Part shown: positions 49,930 to 62,330 of the stretch, one piece after another
Layout of the letters: every line of letters begins with the position of its first letter
Position numbering within the stretch: position 1 is the first letter of the stretch
Assembly (NCBI GenBank): GCA_010093605.1
Contig: MU004185.1
Location: 889,334-953,333 of the forward strand
Direction of reading: 5' to 3'
Source: Lophium mytilinum
Lineage: Eukaryota
DNA length: 64,000 nucleotides
Translations under genes and position numbers: made by a program
Notes under the pieces: generated by a model
What the model saw: only the letters and a program-made list of their open reading frames with translations
Told to the model about the DNA's origin: nothing
The model's database searches: none

Positions 49930-51081
49930 ATGGCTGAAGCAGCGCCACCCCCCGAAGCAAGCTCTCGCCATCGGCCGCGTTATTTCCGTAACGATGCGGC
50001 GCTATCGCGAAGAGACCCCTACAAGCAGCTCAAAGCCTCTCTCAATCGCCTGATCACGGACTACCCACCCCATCACATTCCTCCCGGAGGCGGTCTCTAT
50101 GGTGGCCCAATATCCATTGCGTACCTCTTCTACGCCTTACACAGACTCTATCCTGAACTGGAACTTGACGACTACCCCTTGAACACGTGGTCAGCAGCCT
50201 ATATCGAACAAGCGCAGGCCAACATGAAAGAGTATCCGGGCCCAACCGTCGATAAGTGCGGAGTCAGCGACGATGTCATGGCGCTTCTTGCCCTCTATGC
50301 CGTCTCTGCCAAGGATTCAGAAACGGTCAAAGAGCTCTGTGCTTTCGCTGCTGTCACCACCGACGAAGACGCCTCCAACGAATGGCTCTATGGCCGCGCC
50401 GGTTACCTGTACCTCCTACGTCTAGCACGGGGCGCTTTCAAGGAGGACAAAGCTACCTTAGAACTAATCGATGATACGTCTGATGAAGTCATTTACGCCA
50501 TTATGGAGAGCCCCAGACCCTGGAAGTGGGACGGAAAGGCATACTTCGGTGCCGGCCATGGATCTATCGGAATCATCACTCAAATCGTCCTTACCGACCC
50601 TGGAATGGCCCCAAAGCTAGAGGCAGACCTTGGTGCCCTTATTAGCTATCAGTACGAAAGCGGCAACTTCCCATCATCAATTCCACCAGGACGCGATCGT
50701 CACGTACAGTTCTGTCACGGAGCACCAGGTGTTGTTGCATCACTAGAGTCGATCAAGAAGTATTTCCCTGCTCTAAAGGAGCGCATCGATAAAGTTGTAA
50801 AGAAAGGTCGTGCATGTATCCTTGAGAGGGGCCTTCTTACAAAGGAGCCTTGTCTTTGCCATGGAATTTCTGGGAACGCTCTTGCTCTTGAGGATAAAGA
50901 GTTTGAGCATTTCTTGACTTACACAACAGGAGGGGAGATGAAGTCGATGGAAAGAGATGGCATGATGGAAAAATCAGAGGACCCTTCCTCACTGTGGTGT
51001 GGTGAAGCAGGAAGGGCGTGGGCTTGGGCGGTGGCGGACAAGGGCCTGGAGAAGCGATTCCTTGGTTACAATGACATTTGA
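49930..51081 (+). CDS. Lanthionine synthetase C-like (LanCL) protein
   Basis: Intronless. GGLYGGP, EWLYGRAGYL, GAGHGSIGI, QFCHGAPG, CLCHGISGN and SLWCGEAG are the LanC GxxG repeats and Zn-ligand motifs. Confidence 0.9.
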   Translation: MAEAAPPPEASSRHRPRYFRNDAALSRRDPYKQLKASLNRLITDYPPHHIPPGGGLYGGPISIAYLFYALHRLYPELELDDYPLNTWSAAYIEQAQANMKEYPGPTVDKCGVSDDVMALLALYAVSAKDSETVKELCAFAAVTTDEDASNEWLYGRAGYLYLLRLARGAFKEDKATLELIDDTSDEVIYAIMESPRPWKWDGKAYFGAGHGSIGIITQIVLTDPGMAPKLEADLGALISYQYESGNFPSSIPPGRDRHVQFCHGAPGVVASLESIKKYFPALKERIDKVVKKGRACILERGLLTKEPCLCHGISGNALALEDKEFEHFLTYTTGGEMKSMERDGMMEKSEDPSSLWCGEAGRAWAWAVADKGLEKRFLGYNDI

Positions 51082-52038
51082 AATCGCCCTGCTAGAGCAC
51101 TCGGGAGCATGGCCATGAATTTGACGAGTTACGAGCGAACGAACCACGGGAGAGGCTATACAACTTGCGAAAGCATTACACAGCTTGTCTGATATCCATC
51201 GAAAGACCATTCATTTCCTTTCTACTACATCTCAACATTCTCGTCTCTACCCTTGCTGATCTTGAGTAGCCTTCGTAAGTGCGATGCGGTGCTTATCTGA
51301 GTGCAGTACTTTAGGTCGGTAATACGGGCACAACGCCTGGCTTTCAATGAACATGATCTCAACGTTGTCCAAACCCCTGACCACAGCCTCGGCTTGCATC
51401 TGAACCTCGAAGAAGTTAGCTTTCTATCCGCGATTAGTTAGACGGTGGAATTCTACGGCCTTGTGCTGTCACCATCACGGTCCGTATCACTAAAAGTAAC
51501 ACAATGGCATGATTTGATATCGAGTCCATTACTTGCCGATTTACCGGAACCGTTATGTCTCGGCAACCCGCAGAACTGGTTCGGAATCTTGTCCTGTAGG
51601 TAACATCGGCTTCCAATAACTCCATGAGTACTTCTGTAGAGATATGGTTTTCGTTATTGTGTCACGTATACCCCTCTCTACCTGTCCTAGGCTCGCCAAA
51701 TGCTCCAAGCCTACTACCTTATCACGGCAGACGGCAGCGTCTACCTCGCCATGCGTTTGCTGTGAACATGCCGCATTCAACCTCACATTGCCACCCACTA
51801 ATTTGGAAATGCTTCCTGGGAGAGGACCCAGCAGCTCCAAGCAGCGCACTAAATATAGGTGACCGAGTCTGTGTATAGCATGCTGTGGGCTGGCTACTGC
51901 GTACCCCATTGCGAACTCTTTATTACCCCAAAGACCAGAAACGAAGTACTTGAATGTTCACGAACAAAACTTGTAGTAAACTATTACTTACTGGCACCGC
52001 GGACACTGAGAGCTTCTGGTCAACTATACCATTCACAA

Positions 52039-54380
52039 ATGCACCGCCAACGACTCACCGTCAAGGTCCACGTCTTCGCTAAGCTTTCGATTGTGATATG
52101 GCTAGCTGGGCTTCTACTTCTAGCGGGCCATGTCCCTGGAACGCATGGCAAACCCTTCATTGGCCCAGCAATAGGTCACGAGGGGCTCTCTGAAGCGAGA
52201 AAGCCGCGTCGGAGGACGCCAAATAGTAGTCATTTTGTGATTACTGGTGCTCCAGTTGTGAAAACAGCATCTGGTACGTTGTTTGAAAATACCTAGAGAG
52301 CTGTGCATGCTGACACTGTCCGCACGAAGGGGCCGTTCCGATTCGACTAGACATCAGCGATCTTCATGATAATCATGCCGATCTGTTCAACTTGTACATT
52401 CTTGGGCTTCGCGATTTCTATGCAATGGACGAGAATGATGACTTGTCTTTCTACAGAATCGCCGGTTCGTCGATTTCGATATCTATCATTAAGTGGTATC
52501 TTATCTAGCTGCGCGCTGACATTGATGGCTCTGCAGGAATTCACGGGCGCCCTTATGGGCCATGGCAAGGCGTGCAAGGCATCCCAGGGAAGGAAACGGG
52601 ATTTTGTCCGCACAGCATCATACTATTCTTGACCTGGCACCGCGCATATCTTCTTCTCTACGAGGTGAGCCTCCTGGTCGTATCATGGTTTAGCAGAAAG
52701 CTTTGATCCTACAACAAGACTATTATCTTATATTCCTGTTATAGCAACTGCTTCAAAAACATGTCGCAAATGTCGCCAGCAGATTCATCCCCAGCCTTCG
52801 CCACCGCTACGTTCAAGCCGCCCAAGACTTTCGTATTCCGTATTGGGACTGGTCAGCTTCGATTGACAATCCAGACCATTCAATCCCGACATACATCGCC
52901 GAAGACGCGAGGATATTGGTAACGGAAACGGATGGGACACAGCAGTGGGTCGATAATCCGTTGCACCATTTCGATTTTCATCCTTGCGAGCCTGTTCCTG
53001 AAAGCTTTGACGGAAAGGTATATACACGCCCCCTCTTTAAAATCATAGCATTCCTATGTTGAGCACATGCTATCTTGCTCCTTCACACCGTATTGACATC
53101 CCCCAGTGGCAAGCCTGGACCACAACCCTCCGCCACCCATCCTCAGACGACGTGAACGCTACTTCCCGCCCCGACCTCTTTATCTCCCACTTCAACGACT
53201 GGAACGGGCAGCTCCACAACGACGTCGGCTCCGACATGCTCCAAAACCAATCCTTCAACACCTACAGCAAGAGCCACCTCGAGATGACACACAACCTCAT
53301 GCACAACATCATCGGCGGAGGAATGGATAGCGACGAAGACCAGTTCTGGGGTCACATGGACCCCTTAGAATACTCAGCCTTCGACCCAGGATTCTGGGTG
53401 CATCACGCGTACGCACAACCCCCTCTCCCTTCTTCCCCCACCACCCACCCCCCCCACCCCTCCCAAAGCATTTTCTAAAATCCCTACCCCAGCAACGTCG
53501 ACCACCTCTTCGCCCTCTACCAATCCCTCCACCCCACCCGCTGGCTCACCCCGGAAAACATCTTCGCCTCCGGCACCTACGCCCTGCCGGACTACAGCAC
53601 CGTCGACGCCAGCACCCCTTTAGCCCCTTTCTGGAACGGGAAAAGCGGGTTCTTCACGTCAAATGACCTTCGTGATACAATCAAGCTGGGCTACGCGTAC
53701 CCGGAGACTCAGAGGTGGCGCTTTGCTAACGATTCGGCTTTTGAGGAAAGTGTCGCGCGCGCCGTGGCGGCCGCGTATAGCCCTGACTGGCGCGCGCTGG
53801 TTGCGGAGCCTGCAGCGGCGGGGGTGGGGGCGGTGGAGCCGGGGAGGGTAGTGGAGTGGGCGGTTAGGGTTGGTGTGGATAAGGGGGCGTTGGGGGGGAG
53901 TTTTGGGATTAGGGTTTTGCTAGAGGGGAGGGAGGTGGGGAGAGTGGCGGTGCTGATGCCGGAGGGGACGGAAGTAATGGTGATGGAGGAGGGGGAAGGA
54001 CGGAAGGGGATGGTAGTGAATACGACGGTTGGGTTGACGAAGGCGTTGGTGGATGCGGTTGTGGAGGGCCGGTTGAGGGATTTGGGGGAGGAGGCTGCGG
54101 GGGGGTTTCTGCGGGGGAGGTTGGAGTGGAGGGTTGATGCTGTGAGTGGCTTTTCTTGCTTCTGTTGATAATTGTGGTTGAGGGTTGAGGTGGTTGCTAA
54201 CGTTCTGAATAGATGTCCGGAGCGCGAGTTCAGGCTACAGTGACGGGTGAGATGGGGCTGGAGGTCATGGTGGTGAGTAATGAGGTCACGGTCCCTTTGG
54301 ATCCAGAGATGCCGCTTGTGTACTCCGGGACGTGGGTTGAGCATCCTGAGATTGTGGTGAGCGGGGCTGCGGGAGTCTAG
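52039..54380 (+). CDS. Fungal tyrosinase (type-3 dicopper) with N-terminal hydrophobic segment and C-terminal shielding domain
   Basis: Seven exons reconstructed. CuA: IAG|IHGRPY, FCPHS, FLTWHRAYLLLYE. Then FRIPYWDW. CuB: LEMTHNLMHNIIGG, GHM, SAFDPGFWVHHA|NVD. Also LGYAYPE. Stop at 54380. Confidence 0.9.
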
Positions 54381-54658
54381 TGGGGAGACGTTGAGGCAGG
54401 TGTCTGATACGAAGTTTTTTGTCGGTCAAGATTGAGTAAACGTCGGGTTCTGCAATCTGTGTATCTGAATTTCTCGATATGTCTCTTAGTGTAGCTGCTA
54501 ATTCCGCTCATTCGTCATTCTTGCTTGTGTTCTGAACCTCGTTGGCTCCCTTTGATGGAAATCTCACTATGGAAGGCTTCATCAGACCTTACACTTCGCT
54601 CCCGCCAACCCGTCGCGCAGTGGTGCCATTCATCACGAAGAACAAGAACAACAAGAAC

Positions 54659-54862
54659 AAAAATAGAACATCCGCGGAGCAAAACACCACCCTCTTCAGC
54701 TGGTGAAGAGGGCGTAGCCACCCCCCGAAGGGGGTTTCTCCGAAAACAATCCTGAAGTGGCGGGACTCGAACCCGGACCCAAGGCAGTCATGTTAGGGGT
54801 GGGGGGCGGTGGCGGAGGGGGCGGTGGGGGCGGAGGCGGTTTACCACTAGGGCAAGGGTTCC
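54659..54862 (-). ncRNA. Candidate Pol III-type structured element (tRNA-derived SINE, tRNA relic or ncRNA)
   Basis: On the minus strand: A-box-like TTGCCCTAGTGG (54855-54844), C-rich spacer, B-box GGTTCGAGTCC (54773-54763), hairpins CCCCC-TTCG-GGGGG and CCCTCTTCA-CCAGC-TGAAGAGGG, then T4 and T5 runs. Confidence 0.4.
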
Positions 54863-55710
54863 TGTTCGATTAGTGGGGATCTGGTAGAATTACTTGAAAT
54901 ATGTACTTGGGCTGGAGGGCCGAGGTCTGTGCTTGTTTTGATGAGGACTGCGCACGGACGGGGTTGAGGTGAGGTGAATGCTTCACCCACGCTTGACTGC
55001 TCGTGATGTTGATTGCGCTACTGACTACTCACTATCCTGTCTGTGGGCGGCGAGGCTTGCATATCACTTGGACCCTGCGATGACGGCTTCGAACTAGTGT
55101 TTTCAGGAGGATGTCGGTCTGAGGTTTTGGGTGGTACAGAGCGAGTCCGATACACATGGAAGCGAGGGTTTATTTATTTCGTTTGCAAAGTTCTGCACTT
55201 GATAAAACGGATAGAAATGGGTGGGGGTTGGAAAAGAGTGGATAGTCCATAGAAATTTTACGTTCTACCCACCTTCTCCCTATTGAATTTCCTGTTGTCT
55301 TCTTGATCTCAATGCAGACTTTGGAGAAGAGGAGCATGCAGTTCAAGGAGCTTGATTTGAAGAGCTGGTCACTCTTCCAAGGATTTGATATTTTAATTAG
55401 TTATCGTTTCGGTTGGGCTACCATACGCCGTCTGATGCGGGCAATTAACTCCAGCCTCCCATCTCCATGAAAGCAAGATTAGTATCTGGCCTCTCCCACC
55501 GCAGGTGGAAGAACTCTCGCGCCCTTTGTGGTATCTGTAAAATGTCTATCTTACACCTTCCAGCCTCGCCATACCCAATTTTACCGATCAAATTGATCTC
55601 AAATCGGCCGTCCTTGCGGCCACGCTGCTTGTTGCACGCATTCTGTTTTCGTGAAGATTTTTTTGAGGGGAATCGATGAATCTCGTTGTCAGGGAAAGTT
55701 GCGAAATGGT

Positions 55711-56450
55711 CTAGTCGACGAAGCGACGCAGCTTTTGCATCTCGTCTAGGAGTTCTTGTAGGTCGTTATCGGATATCTTCGTGGCGATGGAAGGGATGAG
55801 GGTTTTCGCTTCGTCAGCGCTGTCGCAGAGCAGGGAGCCTGTGGCCAAGGTAGGATGTTAGCATACAAATATAATAAAACGTAGTTCGGGGTTTCCTCCT
55901 AGCCGGAGGAGGTATTGTGACGGGTCTTGTAGAGCCATACCTAGCTGTGCGCGTTCTACGGGGACGAACTCGGTGCGGGTAGAGAGGAGGTTGGAAAGGG
56001 CGTGGATGACATCAGTCTGCTTGAAGCGCGAGAACATGTCCATGTACTCGACGAATTTTATAATGGCTCTGTCATAGCTGTCAGCGCCCATTCTCCGACG
56101 TCTAATCCTCAGTGTATATCAGAGTTATAGGAAAGTACTCTGTCCCTGTTCTACACTCTGTAGGGCCCAAAGCTACAGCGCACTTACTCCGAGTCGTTAT
56201 GTATCTTGTCTCCGCCTAGTGGATTTGTCGCCGGGTCCTTCTTTCGCCTCGCATTGTGCACTGCTGAGATCACGGTGCGCGCCTCGCTGACTGACAACGC
56301 GGCGACGTTCTCGAACTCGCCAAGGCGCAGTTCAGTGCCGAGTTCTTCGTCTGCGGTTTGGACTTCCTTGGGGCGCGAGACCTGCTTCGGAGCGCGGAAG
56401 ATGGGCGCGGTGGTGGGGCGGGGCCGGGCAGGCGCGTCTTCGGTCGCCAT
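55711..56450 (-). CDS. RPB4: RNA polymerase II subunit Rpb4
   Basis: ELRLGEFENVAALSVSEARTVI, YMDMFSRFK, ERAQLG|SLLCDSADEAKTLIPSI...LQELLDEM. Introns 56069-56187 and 55839-55940. Confidence 0.92.
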
Positions 56451-57579
56451 GACTGGGGTTGTGGGAGTTGAGGAGAGAAGGGGTGAGGCTGGAGCTCGAG
56501 GTTTAGAGGTGGTGGGTGGTGGTGAAAGGGTTGCGCTTTGTTCCTGGTCGAGCGCAGTGACTACGGGATTGTTCCTTTGTGGTGGTAGGCGGGAACCAGA
56601 CCTCTAGGCTCTAGCTAGACGGCGGTGGGTGGTGGTATACAGTGCGGTGGGTGTAGCGCGGGTGCATAGATGCGGTCAAGGCAGACAGGCCACATGAGGT
56701 TCATGAAGTCGATGCCAAGCCCTGGAGGTGTTCTATTCACGGCGACCTCCAGCCCCACACACGACAGCGAACCTTGGGAGGGGCCGTCGCCGGTTCGCTA
56801 TCCAGCCCAGGTACAGGCGACTAGCAACGACGTGTGACAGCCGACTAAATTCAACATCTGATAGCGCTGCAATATGGGAATAGCTGGAATTGCTGCCGTG
56901 TATCGAGTGCCCGCCGCCAACGTCCTGTGAATTCACGACCCTCGAAGCCCCCCATCTCCCCCAAACGCCCTGCCACGCCCGGAAACAGGCGTCTGCTGGC
57001 GACCCTTTGCCGTGCCTGAAGGGTGCTGGTGCTGGGCTGGCCTGCTGACGCTGTGAGATGAAAATAGGGCCCGCAGCCCGTCGACATCTGCGCTCGGGCT
57101 CTTCTCTCGCTCGTCTCCAAGCCTCTCCGCATTGAACACCAGGACACCACGACACCGACATCCACCTCACACCGCCCTCCACGCCACCACCCCTCCGCCC
57201 AACCCCCCGCCCGTCGCATATGAAGCGGAAGCCTGTCCCTCACTATCCATTGCGAGCTGCGAACAGAGGCCACGCCCGAGCCTGCTCTGCCTCCGCCTGC
57301 CGCTGCGTGAGCCCTGCGTGGCTCCAGCACAGCACCCCTCCCGAGTAGCGGATCCCTTCGTCGATTGCAATATCACTGCACGCCCAGCACTGCCGTGCCC
57401 GTGTCTCTCGTCCTCCACTCCCGGAATCCTCGCCGAAGCCCGTTGGTACCGTGTCCACAGCGCGTCGGCCTTTTTCCCGCGACACGCCAACCGAACCGAC
57501 TCCATCACGACCTCGCCCTGCTCCCCCCACGCATACCCCCGATTGATTGCGACCCGCTCGAGACTGGCACCCGGGCATA

Positions 57580-60500
57580 ATGAGCGCACCGGTGGAGGGC
57601 CGGCCGCCGGCAGATCGCAGCGACATACCGGGCAGCTGGCCGTCAGGTTCATACACCGACGCCCAAAACACAGGCTCCAGCATGCAGCGCAGTAGGACTG
57701 AAGACTCAAGCGGACAGCGCGACGTGTCGCCAATCCGGGACCACAACGGCTCAGACTTGCCCGCGATTGCTCCCCGGAAATCTGGTGGTAGCAGGCGACC
57801 CAGTGGCTCGAGAATATGCGGTAAATGCGGAGAAGGCCTGACAGGCCAATTCGTGCGCGCGCTCGGGGATACCTACCATTTGGAATGCTTCACCTGTCAC
57901 GTAGGTTCAAAAGTTCCCTTTACCTGTCACACGGAATCCGTAGACCTCGGAGAGAAAAACACGGTATCGGTACTTCCCTTCTCATGACAAGAAAGCTGCT
58001 AAAATCACGGCGTTGCTTTAGGATTGTGGCAAAATTGTAGCCTCCAAGTTCTTCCCGGTTCCCGACCATCCTCCCAATCAGTATCCTCTCTGTGAAACTG
58101 ATTATTTCCGGCGGCTCGACCTTTTGTGCTTCGAATGTGGGCAGGCTCTCCGAGGCTCCTACATCACTGCACTTGACAGGAAATACCATATCGAGCATTT
58201 CACCTGCTCAGTATGCCCAACCGTGTTTGGGGCTCAGGATAGCTACTACGAACATGAAGGCAGCGTCTTCTGCCATTTCCACTACTCAACACAGTTCGCC
58301 CAGAAATGCAATGGCTGTCTGACAGCTATCCTCAAGCAATTCGTCGAAATTTACCGGAACGGACAGAATCAGCACTGGCATCCCGAATGCTACATGATCC
58401 ACAAGTACTGGAATGTTCGCTTGCACTCGAGCGGCCAGCCCGTCATTGAAGATGCACTCGCGAGCGGAGAAGCTACAGATGAAATTCGGCAGAAGGTACG
58501 GCAGCAGGAGGAAGCTGTCGAAGGGAAGGTCAACTGGATCTGGAAGACCCTATCTGCATTCGAGGAGAAGTCTGCGACGTGCATTTCCGACATGCTCCTT
58601 CACGTCAGCAATGGCGCGTACTTCGATGGAGTTATGGCAGCCAAGAAGTTCATTGTGCATGTCGACCTATTATTCACAGCCGCGGACAATCTCGATGGTC
58701 TTCTAGGCGAAATCAGTCCAAAGGGTAAGCATATTCCATGCTCCGCACATCTAAATGATTTGATATGACACATCCAACCTTGGTTCGAAATGCACCTTGT
58801 CATCACAAACAGGCAACTGACATCTTCCTCGCAGGTCTCCAATATTCTCGAGAATCCAAATTACTGTGCAAGAAAGTCGTGGCCTTCTTCCACCTGCTAC
58901 GGCAGTCTCAAAATACTGGCGTCCGTCGTCTTGGAGTCACGCAAGAGCTGCTGTCGTTGGTTACCGGACTTGCCCACTACCTTAAGCTCCTTATCCGGAT
59001 CTGTCTGCAAGGCTCTTTAAAGCTCGAAAAAGAGACAGGCAACACCAAAGGTCTCACAGATTTTCTTGCGGAGGTCAACTCGCTTGATCAGAGACTAGAG
59101 GCCGAGACAAACGTTGACTATATGACGGAGGCAGCGGCTCTCGTACCTCGCGCTGCAGATACCTGTCCCATTTGCGACCACCAAGTCGAGGAAAAATGCC
59201 TGCGCCTAAACGACATGTCCTTCAACTTTCCTTGTATGGTATGCAAAAACTGTGGCCTTGATATGCGCGATAATTTTACGGACGCACGATGGAGTCAATC
59301 TAACCAGAAGGTGTTTTGCAAGAACTGTGCAGCTAGGGTCCCAGACGCCGAAGGCGGCTTTGTCGCCGTCTCGAAGCTTAGACAGTACATCCACCTTCTG
59401 AAAGTCGCACATGCCAGGCTGCTAGCCACGCTGAGAACCAGTGGCGCATTACCGCATACCTCTGGTAAGTTACACCCTACAGCCAAACCCACGCAGCACA
59501 TTATTCACGCTGCGTGACAGACCATCCGCTCTTGCTGACGCTTCGTAGACGACCCTAACCTGTCTGGGTACGATTCATCCCAGGGCCATCGAATGACTCC
59601 AACCAACGAACTGGAGCCTCCTTTACTGAGATCTGACACTCGGTCAAAATCATTTGCAGGCTCAGGCTCGGGCCCGGAGCCCCAAGGTTCCTACGAGCAA
59701 TCTATCGGCGACATTCGACGGTTGCGATCACAACGCATGGACAAGCACCTTTCCAGTACCATGAAGCGTGCACGCACGTCCAGGATAATCGACGGCCCCG
59801 ACGCGGTACGACCAGGCTCAGCAGGTGATTCCCAGTCCCGAGGTGGAATGCAGATTGTCCAAGAGCGCGACATGAGTGGCGAAGGAGATCATCTAACGCT
59901 TGGAGTCAATACGTTAGCCCTGGACGATATATCTCGTATCGTGGCATTAGAGCAAGCAAAGGAGCAACGCCCCAACGCTTACCGATCAGCAGGAGGTGCG
60001 CTTATCGGGCAAGACCATCAGCCGAAGTTACTGAACGGTCATCGCCGAGAAGCCTCCGGTGGGCAAGAGTTGAACCTTGCCGCAGCCTCTGATAACAGGC
60101 CTCGAATGTACTTTTCCGATATCTCGCCGCTCGAATACTTCAGGCTACGAAGTCTCGCTGTGCTCCAGCTAGGTCTATTGCTCGAGGAAAGCCAGTACAA
60201 CCAAGGGGAGCTTCTGGACTTGCTTGAAACGAAACGACCGACTTTCTGGGGCAAATTTGGAATCGGCAAAGCATTCAAGGCCGACAAGGGCAAGGGAAAT
60301 AAACCCAAGAGGGCCGGAACAGAGAAGCCCGTGTCGGACAAGGCTGTCTTCAGGCAGAGTCTCGAGTACCTAGTGGAAAAGCATGGCGCAGAATCGACCG
60401 ATGGCGTAGGTCACGGTACGCTCAAGGTACCAGCCTTGCTCCAAGACGCCATATCGGCCATGAGAAATATGGACATGTCTGTGGAAGGCGTGTTCCGAAA

Positions 60501-61573
60501 GAATGGCAATCTCAAGAAACTAAGAGAGTTACAAGAGGAGATCGATGCCAAGGGCGGAGATAATGTTGATCTGAATAAGGAGGCTCCCGTGACGCTGGCC
60601 AACTTGCTCAAGAGATTTTTGAGATACATGCCAGATCCAGTTTTGACCCTGAAGCTGTACCGGCTTTTCATGACTGCCAACAGTAAGCCGTTCCGTCCCT
60701 CTGTTGTTTGATGTTAGCTTACCAGATGCAGAAATCCAAGATGAGGATAGACGGTTACGTGTTCTTCATTTGACCTGCTGTCTCTTACCAAAGGCCCATC
60801 GGGACACCATGGAGGTTCTTTTCGCTTTCCTCAACTGGGTGTCGTCTTTCCACACCGTCGATGAGGAAACCGGCAATAAGATGGACATTTGGAACCTGGC
60901 AACAGTAATTACACCCAACATTCTTCGAGAAAACAACGATCTTGAGGAGAAGGCTCCAGACCAGGCCTCCATCAGGGTTGTGTACACGCTCATCGAGTGC
61001 AATGAGTCGATGTGCGAAGTAGGTTACCTCATTTTCAAGTCTTCCTCTAGTTCCCAATACCTTCAAATCCTGCACTTTCCCCTGTTCCGTTTGTATTTTT
61101 TGATGCTTACCGCGGTATAGGTACCTGATGAGATCGTGGCGCTTCTTAGCGATGACGGCTCCCAAGAGATTACCACCAAGGAGATCATGAGACGCTGGGA
61201 GACTGCCGGGAAAGTACCCCAACCAACCGTCTCATCCCCAAATCCACAGAAAGCAGGCCCACCGACCCGAGATGGCCAACCAACCGCGCCCCACATCACG
61301 CAAGTTAACGACAATGCTCAGACATGGCAAACTGAGAGCTCGGTCCGCCATGTTGGAGGTCCGGGTAACCCAGGCATGAGCTACGGTCCTTCATCAAGCC
61401 ACAACACGCCACCGCAGGGGGGCGAACATAACCTTGCGACACCGAACCTACCGTACGCAAATTCAGCGCCCGGTTCAGCGGAGAGCCAGCGGACAGCCTC
61501 GCTTCAACGGCATAGCTATCGCTCGCCTGCGTACCAGCGGCAGGGCCCGATGGGCACCGCCGGTGCCGGGTAA
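57580..61573 (+). CDS. LRG1: LIM-domain Rho GTPase-activating protein (Lrg1/Rga1-type)
   Basis: ATG at 57580. LIM domains CGKCGEGLTGQFVRALGDTYHLECFTC, CFECGQALRGSYITALDRKYHIEHFTC and a third before the GAP domain. RhoGAP motifs VEGVFRKNG, LLKRFLRYMPDP and NKMDIWNLATVITPN. Five introns. Confidence 0.92.
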
Positions 61574-62270
61574 AGCCTGTCTATAAATCGTCTTGTTGAT
61601 GTCGAAGCATAGCAATGATTTGTTGTCGCATCGTAAACTGAACCAAGTCTCATAGTTCTCGCACCCCTGAGACCTCATCTGACTGAACGGAGTTGGTCTT
61701 CTGGGTACACCTTTTTTTGCATGGCATGCGGCTTGCTTACGCACAGATCTGACAGGGTCTCATCGAATTTCTTCTTTCTTCTCCTTTATCGATGATACCA
61801 CCTCTTCGCGAATTGCTTTCTTCTCAAATTTCCGCGGTTGCAAATGGAAAGCACTGTTGAGTCGGGCGCGACGAACTTCGAGAATCGGAAAGTCGAAATG
61901 AACAAATACGAAAATAGGAAAAACGGATCAGCACTGGATTGCTTTTTATCTTTCACAGCGCAGATTGGAGCGAGCTAGTACTGTTGGTCTGGTCTCCACA
62001 GGAGGCTGTTCGTTTGCGGACATGGGGCATTTGGGTACACAGGAGTTTCTCACTCGTGTTTAGTTCTGGTCAAAGAGTAAGTGAGTTGTGGACAGATTTT
62101 GTTTCTTGTTTTGTTTCACTGCACAGCGTGGGCGGTTGTCCGGCGGTTGGCTGGCTTCTGGTTGGTTCTGCGGTGGCAGCCTGATCGGCCTCCTTTCGAC
62201 TGCTTCGACTTTCTGGACCTTGACAACGACGGCGGAAGGGCAAGCTTGACACCTTTCGAGTCGGAAACGT

Positions 62271-62330
62271 GGCAAGAGGGATTCGAACCGCGCTAGCACG
62301 GGGCTCACCACTGCCCTATCCCTCCCCGGC
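62271..62330 (-). promoter_or_regulatory. tRNA-like A-box/B-box element lacking an anticodon arm (truncated tRNA relic or TFIIIC site)
   Basis: Minus strand reads TA-GGGC-AGTGGTGA-GCCC (D-arm-like hairpin containing A-box TAGGGCAGTGG at 62318-62308), then 18 nt later a perfect B-box GGTTCGAATCC (62289-62279). Confidence 0.35.

Noticed and set aside
51240..51909. Minus-strand coding-like fragments between LanCL and tyrosinase
   Set aside because: I could not join them into a consistent spliced frame or recognise a family. Possibly a relic, but unsupported.
49930..54380. LanC-like gene plus tyrosinase as a RiPP or lanthipeptide cluster
   Set aside because: No dehydratase, no repeat-containing precursor peptide, no DUF3328 protein and no transporter nearby. 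Adjacency alone is not evidence.
54690..54745. Possible hammerhead ribozyme (minus-strand GAAA-stem-UUCG followed by CTGAAGAG)
   Set aside because: The cleavage-site base would be G, stems I and II do not form, and CTGAAGAG is sequestered in a separate perfect hairpin.
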